Assembly (NCBI GenBank): GCA_016215325.1
Contig: JACRJV010000017.1
Location: 1-54,428 of the forward strand
DNA from: Candidatus Uhrbacteria bacterium
GTDB lineage: Bacteria; Patescibacteriota; Patescibacteriia; JACRJV01
Direction: 5' to 3'
Length of the DNA: 54,428 nt
The notes below the pieces were generated by a model. That model was not told where the DNA came from. It worked only from the letters and a program-made list of their open reading frames with translations, and did not search any database. This document shows, one piece after another, positions 48,243 through 54,428 of this stretch. The position numbers and the translations under genes are program-made. Position 1 is the first letter of the stretch, and every line of letters starts with the position of its first letter.

Positions 48243-48359
48243 TCAATCGCCTTCGCCTCCACGCCACCATTCGAGAATGATCACCACCGGAGCGCAGACG
48301 ATGATGACCAGCATGATCAGAAATCGAACCTCGGTCGAGACCCCATGATATCCGCTCAC
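48243..48359 (-). CDS. 38-aa single-TM micro-protein MSGYHGVSTEVRFLIMLVIIVCAPVVIILEWWRGGEGD (not in ORF track)
   Basis: AAGGAGGTG SD 5 nt before GTG; TTGACA-16nt-TATACT promoter at 48429-48402. Confidence 0.65.
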   Translation of the reverse strand: MSGYHGVSTEVRFLIMLVIIVCAPVVIILEWWRGGEGD

Positions 48360-48437
48360 GGCTGCACCTCCTTTTTGCGATTTCCGTGTTGGATATGGTG
48401 GAGTATAGCGGACAAAATTCGAATGTCAACGAATAAG

Positions 48438-48463
48438 CCCGCCGACGGTTGACCGTCGGCGGG
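48438..48463 (-). terminator. terminator-like hairpin after rnj
   Basis: CCCGCCGACGGT/ACCGTCGGCGGG 12-bp stem. Confidence 0.6.
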
Positions 48464-48496
48464 TCTAGAACCGAGAACCTATCACCTAGCACCTCG

Positions 48497-50356
48497 TCAC
48501 ACTTTTATAATCACCGGAAGAATCATGGGTCGGCGTTGGGTCATGCTAAAGAGGAATTGCCCAATGTCGTTGCGCAATTTATTTTTAATTTCATCATCGT
48601 CCGCTGCCATCTTTGGCTCGCCGTCGCGCAAGATCCCTTTGATTTTACCGCGCATGCGCTCCACGAGTTCTTTGTGCTCCTTCATGTAAATAAATCCGCG
48701 CGAAATAATATCCGGCGATCCTATGAGCCTCCCTGTTTTGCCGTCAACGGTTGCAATGATCACTACCATGCCGTCGTCGGAGAGCATTTGGCGATCGCGG
48801 ATCACTACTTGATTGGTATCTCCGACACCAAGGCCATCCACAAAGACATATTCTGCCGGAATCCGTTCGTTGGTGACTCTGCCGAGCGCCCCCTTGAATT
48901 CAATCACTTGGCCATTGTCCGCGATGAGAATCTGTTCTTTGGGGTGGCCCATTGACTGGATGAGTTTGCCGTGCACCCGGAGGAAGGAATGATTCCCTTC
49001 GATGGGCATAAAGTATTTGGGGTTGACTAATCGGTACATGAGTTTTAAATCTTCCTGTTTGGCGTGCCCCCCGGCGTGCACGTCCATCATTTGATAATGG
49101 ATGACTTCTGCGCCTTCGCGGTAGAGCGCGTCTTTGAGCCGCTGGACGCTGCGTTCATTGCCCGGAATTACCGAGGAAGAGAACACGACCGTGTCGCCTG
49201 GCTGGATGGTAATGGTGCGGTGTTCATGGTTGACGATGCGCATGAGCACGGCTCGATCCTCGCCTTGTGCGCCAGTGCACAGCACGACAACACGATTGTC
49301 GGGATACTTGTGCATTTCCTGCACCGGGATGATTGTCGATTTATCAAATTTGAGGTATCCGAGCTCGCTCGCGATTTCGATATTGGTGCGCATGCCGTAC
49401 CCTTCGATGATCACTTTGCGGTTTAATCGTTCTGCGGCCTGGATAATTTGTTTCACACGTCCAATCATGGAAGCAAATGTTGCGATAATGAGCCGTCCGG
49501 GAGCATTAGCGATAATATCATCGAGGTTGTGTTGGATTTCTGCCTCGGAGAGCTGATGGCCCGTTTGTGTTGAATTGGTCGAGTCTTGCATGAGCAGCAG
49601 AACATTTTTGTCGTTGAGAGAAGCGATTTTGGCGATGTCGAGCTTTGTGTCGCCAGAAGGCGCGAGATCAAGTTTGAAATCTCCGGTATGCACGACAATC
49701 CCTTCGGGCGTATGGACAATTACTCCCATGGAGTCCGGAATATTGTGCGTTACGCCAAAAAATTCAACTTTAAAAATTCCTAATTGGAGCACCGTATCCG
49801 CGGCACGGATCTCTTGGAGATTCAATGGTGCAGCGCTTTTATAGTCATCCTGCCGTTTGCGGATGATCCCCAAGGTCAGCGGCGTGCCGTAGATTGTGGG
49901 ATTGCCGAGTTTGCCCATCAAGTGGGGGATGCCGCCGATATGGTCATAATGCCCGTGCGTGATGATAACGCCTCGGATATTGCGTTCTTTGCCTTTGAGA
50001 TAGGAGACATTGGGGATAATGTAGTCGATCCCGGGCATGTCTTCTTCGGGGAATTGCAGGCCAAGGTCAATAATGAGAATGTCTTGGCCATACTCAATAA
50101 GCATGCAGTTGCGGCCGACTTCTTCGAGCCCCCCCAATGCCATGATACGCAAACCGGTTGCGGCGTTTGCTGCCACCGGCGGGAGCCGCGTGGGCAGTGG
50201 TCGCAGCGGCGCGCGAGGTCGCTGGTTTCGATACGTTGTAATAAGACGGCGCAGGCCAGTCGGCCGATTGGGGGCGCGACGGTTTGTGCCGGGGCGCGTT
50301 GTACGCGTGTTTGAACGTGGCACTGCCACGTTCGGGACTGTTAATGATTGTTCCAT
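48497..50356 (-). CDS. rnj: ribonuclease J
   Basis: LGGLEEVGRN, THGHYDHIGG, HTGDFK, DSTN, TGAQGE, HAGGH, SRGF, RRPMILPVI. Confidence 0.96.
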   Translation of the reverse strand: MEQSLTVPNVAVPRSNTRTTRPGTNRRAPNRPTGLRRLITTYRNQRPRAPLRPLPTRLPPVAANAATGLRIMALGGLEEVGRNCMLIEYGQDILIIDLGLQFPEEDMPGIDYIIPNVSYLKGKERNIRGVIITHGHYDHIGGIPHLMGKLGNPTIYGTPLTLGIIRKRQDDYKSAAPLNLQEIRAADTVLQLGIFKVEFFGVTHNIPDSMGVIVHTPEGIVVHTGDFKLDLAPSGDTKLDIAKIASLNDKNVLLLMQDSTNSTQTGHQLSEAEIQHNLDDIIANAPGRLIIATFASMIGRVKQIIQAAERLNRKVIIEGYGMRTNIEIASELGYLKFDKSTIIPVQEMHKYPDNRVVVLCTGAQGEDRAVLMRIVNHEHRTITIQPGDTVVFSSSVIPGNERSVQRLKDALYREGAEVIHYQMMDVHAGGHAKQEDLKLMYRLVNPKYFMPIEGNHSFLRVHGKLIQSMGHPKEQILIADNGQVIEFKGALGRVTNERIPAEYVFVDGLGVGDTNQVVIRDRQMLSDDGMVVIIATVDGKTGRLIGSPDIISRGFIYMKEHKELVERMRGKIKGILRDGEPKMAADDDEIKNKLRNDIGQFLFSMTQRRPMILPVIIKV

Positions 50357-50480
50357 AATGAACTCTTGAGCCGCACGCATCCTTGTGATGGCGGACGGCG
50401 AAAAAATAATTAAAAATGAGAGAGAATTGGAGCCTGAAGGTTGAAGTGCGAATACGAAATGTTTAATGTGAAGTTCTCAA

Positions 50481-50564
50481 TGCAGGTGGAGGGAGTTGAA
50501 CCCTCAATCCCTTGCGGGCACTAGCTCCTGAAGCTAGCGCGTATGCCAGTTCCGCCACACCTGC
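50481..50564 (-). tRNA. tRNA-Leu(CAG), CCA not encoded
   Basis: GCAGGTG/CACCTGC acceptor, CTAGC-TTCAGGA-GCTAG anticodon arm, long variable arm, GGTTCAACTCC. Confidence 0.95.
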
Positions 50565-52463
50565 TCACTTAAATGCCCATTTTGTTTTTGTGTACCATTG
50601 CGTGATACTGTTCCATCGGTCAGACGGCTTTACGATCTGACGCTGCTCCATTCCGTGAATATTGGTTGGGAGAATATAAGTGTATGTTGGTCGATAGAGG
50701 AAGATCGCGGGTTTAAGTTTTATGATCGCTTGTTGGAATTGTTGGAGCAGGCCCACCCGTTTTGCGTTGTCAGATACAGTCCGTTCTTGTTCTAGCAGTT
50801 GGTCGATATTTTTATCACTGACTTGCGCGAGATTTAAACCCGGCGCGCGCACTTGGCTCGAATGCCAGAAGGGGTACGGGTCTGGATCATTGCCAAAAAT
50901 TTGTCCGTATAAGAGCGCTTGAAATTCCCTGTTCGCGAGTACTTGGTTTTGCATATCCTTAGGATCCACAGTGCGTACTGTGGCATCAACACCAATATCT
51001 CTCCACCAGGCCGCAATCTGTTCTGCTGCCGACGTAAGGTCCGGCTGGGCGGCGGTAGTGATGGCGATGGAGAGCGCCTTCCCTGCCTTAACACGATAAT
51101 TCGCTGGCCCCCTCGTTTCTGTTGCTGGAGGATTTTCAGCCGGCGTGGTACCTTTCTTCGTCTGCGCCGCTGCTTGTTTCGCAAGGCCTTCTTGGTATGT
51201 TTTGGCATCAATCAGTGTATATCCGGCTTGATCGAGGAGTTTGCCTGCGCGTTCAAGATCAAATGCAGGGGAGTCCAGTGAAGTATCATATCCCAACATT
51301 CCGGGCAAAAGGGGGCTGATCACCGGTTCTCCCTCACCTGCAAGCGCCACGTCAATAAGCATTGATCGATTGACCGCTATCCCTAATGCCTCTCGAACCC
51401 TCTCATCGCGCAATGCCGGGAGGAGTTGCTGGTTGAAGAACACATTCGTCGATTGGGGCAGGCGCAATAGGACGGATCGTAGACCTGGTCGCCGGGTTAA
51501 TCGTTCGCGGAATTGCTTTGGCAAGACCTGTAACCCTTGCACTTCGGATCGTTCGACCGCTTGGATCGCAAGTTCCGCAGAATCGTAGAAACGGACCGTG
51601 ATGCGATCGAGATAGGGTTTCTGACTATGGAAATATTGGTTGCGCTCCAGTGCATACGAATGAATCAGTCCGTTGGGATCTTTCGTGATAGTAGAAAAGC
51701 GAAACGGGCCAGACCCGATGGGTTTGATGTTGTATTCAGCGAGTCGTGCGTTCGCGGGCAACACATTTTTCCATAAATGTTCTGGGATGATACCCACGGA
51801 CAACGCTTGTATGAATGGCGTATACGGTTTCTGTAATTGTATGGTGAGCGTTGAATCGTCAAGTTGTTTAATATCTGCACCCCGAACGCTTGCTGCCAGC
51901 GGGCTTTTCCAATCCGGATTTTGAATCGCCTGCAGTGTAAAGATGACATCCGCGCTGGTGAGCGGCTGTCCGTCTTGCCAGCGCAGGTCATTCTTCAGGC
52001 GTATGGTATAGAGCGTTTGTGCCGCATCGAGATCGATCTGATCCGCCAGATCCGGGATAAATGTTACCCCGGAATCCGTTTCTTTGGGCTTGACCAAACC
52101 AGAGAATGTGAGCCGGACGAGATCACGATCGACGTCGGTGGTTGCAAAGAGGGGGTTAATAAATTGTGCGCGTCCAATGAGCGCCTCGCTATACTCGCCT
52201 CCAAATGTCGGGACGCGCACCAATGATTGTCGGAGCCCAATGCCCACCAAAAAAACGAATGAAACAGCGATGCCGATGAGACTCAACCACAATATCTTTT
52301 GCTCTGTCTTTGACAATACCGAAAAAAAGCGTCGGATAAGGACGATCGCCATTGGGCGTTGTTGTCGCCAGCGCTTCCAGACGGCACGGATGCTATGCGA
52401 TGGCTGTTGTGGGGTGGGGGTCAGAGAAAGAGGGTGGCGAAAAATTGGCCGCCACACGATCAA
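50565..52463 (-). CDS. family 5 (OppA/DppA-like) ABC substrate-binding protein with N-terminal anchor
   Basis: INPL, FSGL, PDLA, WQDG.PLTSADVIFT, PIGSGPF, VREAL, DPDPYPFWHSSQ; exact start uncertain. Confidence 0.92.
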   Translation of the reverse strand: MIVWRPIFRHPLSLTPTPQQPSHSIRAVWKRWRQQRPMAIVLIRRFFSVLSKTEQKILWLSLIGIAVSFVFLVGIGLRQSLVRVPTFGGEYSEALIGRAQFINPLFATTDVDRDLVRLTFSGLVKPKETDSGVTFIPDLADQIDLDAAQTLYTIRLKNDLRWQDGQPLTSADVIFTLQAIQNPDWKSPLAASVRGADIKQLDDSTLTIQLQKPYTPFIQALSVGIIPEHLWKNVLPANARLAEYNIKPIGSGPFRFSTITKDPNGLIHSYALERNQYFHSQKPYLDRITVRFYDSAELAIQAVERSEVQGLQVLPKQFRERLTRRPGLRSVLLRLPQSTNVFFNQQLLPALRDERVREALGIAVNRSMLIDVALAGEGEPVISPLLPGMLGYDTSLDSPAFDLERAGKLLDQAGYTLIDAKTYQEGLAKQAAAQTKKGTTPAENPPATETRGPANYRVKAGKALSIAITTAAQPDLTSAAEQIAAWWRDIGVDATVRTVDPKDMQNQVLANREFQALLYGQIFGNDPDPYPFWHSSQVRAPGLNLAQVSDKNIDQLLEQERTVSDNAKRVGLLQQFQQAIIKLKPAIFLYRPTYTYILPTNIHGMEQRQIVKPSDRWNSITQWYTKTKWAFK

Positions 52464-52523
52464 CCTTCGTGCGAACGAGAGTGCACGAATAACAATAGAA
52501 GGCGATACGTTGACGTGGAACCG

Positions 52524-52745
52524 TTAGCGCGATACGAACAACGATGCGATCGCAGCGCCAAAAAAGAGAACAGCGAAAACGATAGTCGAAATAAAGAGGA
52601 TGCGTTCTACTCCGCGTCGAGTACGAAACACGTTTCCTTCTCCACCGAACGCCCCTCCAAGCCCAGAGCCTTGTTGTTGGAGGAGAATACTGATGATCAC
52701 AAGTACCGCAGAAACGATCTGAAAGACCCCGAGCAATTTTATCAT
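52524..52745 (-). CDS. secG: preprotein translocase subunit SecG
   Basis: ILLQQQGSGLGGAFGG...TRRGVE. Confidence 0.93.
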   Translation of the reverse strand: MIKLLGVFQIVSAVLVIISILLQQQGSGLGGAFGGEGNVFRTRRGVERILFISTIVFAVLFFGAAIASLFVSR

Positions 52746-52799
52746 ATGATGAGTAAACGTCTACAATAGCAACAACTGTACCAGGCTTTCGCCCTTGTG

Positions 52800-52943
52800 T
52801 CAAGGGCTCGTTCTGATTCTTTTAGTATCTTCAGCCTGTTTTTTTATGATCCGAGCCAACGATCGCACGCGGGCACCGGTCACGACCATATTCGGGCGTT
52901 TCCGTTGCTCTCGGCGTTGCGCTTTGGTGAGGGGAGCGCGCAT
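52800..52943 (-). CDS. 47-aa basic micro-protein upstream of secG
   Basis: MRAPLTKAQRREQRKRPNMVVTG...; TATACT -10 about 10 nt before ATG. Confidence 0.5.
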   Translation of the reverse strand: MRAPLTKAQRREQRKRPNMVVTGARVRSLARIIKKQAEDTKRIRTSP

Positions 52944-53006
52944 ATCTCTTGGGAGTATAGCGCATTCCCGGCCTTGGGGCGAGGCGGTGGAGGAGTGCAA
53001 GGAGAG

Positions 53007-53041
53007 TTGACAAATAGTGGATAGGGGTATATACTATCCAC
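53007..53041 (+). promoter_or_regulatory. sigma70 promoter with overlapping operator-like inverted repeat
   Basis: TTGACA-17nt-TATACT; GTGGATAG-N9-CTATCCAC with a G tract, as expected for CsoR/RcnR autoregulation. Confidence 0.65.
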
Positions 53042-53075
53042 AGAATGGTTCAATTATCATTGATCTCTGTATTGT

Positions 53076-53348
53076 ATGGTCAACCAGGCATTAAAAAAGC
53101 GAGCGTTGCATCGGGCAAAGATTATTCAAGGCCAACTCGAAGGGCTGGTGAAGGGGATTGATGCGCAGCAGTATTGCACGAAACTGTTGCAACTATCCCT
53201 GTCCATCCAGCGGTCGCTCAAAAGCCTTGATGCGCTCTTGCTCGAGAATCACCTGAAGACGCACGTCCGAGACCAGATGATGCGGAAAGAAAGCGCGGAC
53301 CGAGCCACCCAAGAACTGATCGATATTTACACACTATCCAATAAATAA
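53076..53348 (+). CDS. CsoR/RcnR family metal-sensing repressor
   Basis: R..II.GQL.G....YC...L...LLENHLKTHV. Confidence 0.9.
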   Translation: MVNQALKKRALHRAKIIQGQLEGLVKGIDAQQYCTKLLQLSLSIQRSLKSLDALLLENHLKTHVRDQMMRKESADRATQELIDIYTLSNK

Positions 53349-53377
53349 TACAACTGAGAAAGGGGGTGAACTGCATT

Positions 53378-53659
53378 ATGGAGAAAATTCTTTCTTGTGG
53401 ATATTGGAAATGCGCGCATCGTGTGGGATTATTTTTGGCGGCGCTGTTTGTGATTTGTTTTGGCTTTCACTCGGTCTATCAGCCGGATCCGGAGTTTTTG
53501 CTGAAGATGTTCCAATCCGTGTATCTCGGTTTTACGGGCATGGATCTCACGAGCTTTCTGTTGGGTGCCATCCAGACATATATATGGGCTTACATCGGCG
53601 TGGGGATATGGTATGCCGTGGGCTGTTGTCATAATTGGGATCAATGCCAAAAGGAGTAG
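53378..53659 (+). CDS. small membrane protein (DUF5676-like)
   Basis: LFVICF...GFTGMDLTSFLLG pattern; Cys/His-rich termini; SD AAAGGGGGTG. Confidence 0.65.
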   Translation: MEKILSCGYWKCAHRVGLFLAALFVICFGFHSVYQPDPEFLLKMFQSVYLGFTGMDLTSFLLGAIQTYIWAYIGVGIWYAVGCCHNWDQCQKE

Positions 53660-53683
53660 GAGGATGCTAAATCCTCCCTTGCA

Positions 53684-53740
53684 ACAATGGTGATACTGTT
53701 ATACTATAGAGCGTAGTAGTATAACAGTATTCACTATTGT
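53684..53740. promoter_or_regulatory. long inverted repeat with central BlaI/CopY-type operator
   Basis: ACAATGGTGATACTGTTATACTA/TAGTATAACAGTATTCACTATTGT; core TACTAT-N5-GTAGTA. Confidence 0.65.
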
Positions 53741-53746
53741 AAGGAT

Positions 53747-54133
53747 ATGGCGCGAAATCGTATAAACATGTTTGGGGAGTTAGAGGCGGAGATTATGGAT
53801 ATTGTCTGGGATTCGGGTACTGCGTGTGTTCGAGATGTTTTGGAGCGGCTCGCGAAAAAGCGGAAAATCGCCTATACCACCGTGATGACGGTGATGACGC
53901 GACTAGCGGATAAAAAGGTATTAACCAGAACAATGGACAAGAGCGGCGCCTTTGTATACATCCCGACCAAGGACAAAAAAACGTTCATGAAGAGTGCTTC
54001 GGAAAAGCTTATTAAAGATTTTTTAACAACCTATGGCGACGTGGCTATTGCTCAGTTTATGGATATCATGGAGAAAACAGACGCCAAGCAGTCCGAGCAA
54101 TGGAAGGAAAAATTAAAAACACTCATTGCATAA
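53747..54133 (+). CDS. BlaI/MecI/CopY family transcriptional repressor
   Basis: GELEAEIMDIVW, VRDV, IAYTTVMTVMTRL..K..L.R, AFVY. Confidence 0.93.
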   Translation: MARNRINMFGELEAEIMDIVWDSGTACVRDVLERLAKKRKIAYTTVMTVMTRLADKKVLTRTMDKSGAFVYIPTKDKKTFMKSASEKLIKDFLTTYGDVAIAQFMDIMEKTDAKQSEQWKEKLKTLIA

Positions 54134-54136
54134 CGT

Positions 54137-54428
54137 GTGCTTACCCCATTTGCCCGGCGAACACGCAGCGCATTTATCCAAACTCTCCTTTTGATTGGGG
54201 TAGCGAGTGGCGTTGTGGGGGTTGTTGTTCTAAAAATTTATCAGAAACTGAGTTTCACTACGCCTGGTGTCATCCATGAGCTCGATACTGCCTGTGGTTG
54301 TTTGGCAGCGGCATCGCTGGAGACCCCCCCTTCTCTTTTTCTTTTGGTCGCGTTGGGGGTGATCGGCGCAATCGCGGCATCTTTTCTCCTCTATTGCGTC
54401 TATCAATTCATCCGGTTGAGCGTTCGCA
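54137..54428 (+). CDS. membrane protein, probable M56 (BlaR1-like) peptidase, truncated by the window end
   Basis: GTG 3 nt after the blaI stop, open to the end, two TM segments and a CGC motif; the M56 call rests on context only. Confidence 0.55.
   Translation, partial: MLTPFARRTRSAFIQTLLLIGVASGVVGVVVLKIYQKLSFTTPGVIHELDTACGCLAAASLETPPSLFLLVALGVIGAIAASFLLYCVYQFIRLSVR

Noticed and set aside
16619-52527. Long antisense or overlapping ORFs in the track (e.g. 16619-17185, 37415-38044, 43579-44169, 49784-50314)
   Set aside because: They are shadows of well-supported genes on the opposite strand, with no motifs or initiation signals.
1-54428. CRISPR array, DGR, retron, prophage or autonomous IS
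   Set aside because: No regularly spaced 23-50 nt repeats, and no cas, reverse transcriptase, integrase, transposase or phage structural motifs in any ORF.
1-54428. Alternative genetic code (TGA=Gly)
   Set aside because: Conserved genes such as cobO, sufB, znuB and rnj end at TGA at their expected C-termini, and none is broken by an internal TGA.

Overview
Core-chromosome segment of a reduced-genome bacterium using the standard code (TGA ends real genes). The gene repertoire and style suggest Patescibacteria/CPR; this is inference. It holds about 55 CDS (rlmN, eno, mutY, sod, cobO, a sufC-B-D-S-U-T operon, znuCB, argH, rsmI, metG, cvpA, tatD, a UvrD-nuclease fusion, pabABC, rnj, secG, CsoR- and BlaI-family regulators) plus tRNA-Pro(CGG) and tRNA-Leu(CAG). 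I found no transposase, integrase, reverse transcriptase or CRISPR array. The unusual signal is in the non-coding and inserted DNA. The window is full of hairpin-forming inserts: several REP/MITE-like palindrome families and inverted arrays of 7-9 nt degenerate repeats. They nest inside each other and sit in frame inside cobO, uvrD, eno, mutY and tatD. The strongest observation is a 'Russian-doll' tRNA locus at 36078-36316. A complete 71-nt tRNA-Pro(CGG) allele is split by three hairpin inserts, and the largest insert contains a second, intact, diverged tRNA-Pro(CGG) flanked by inverted repeats. Also notable: three self-contained GC3-rich orphan gene cassettes, a homopolymer frameshift in a YbhB/YbcL gene, and a decarboxylase/ATP-grasp pair next to the tRNA.
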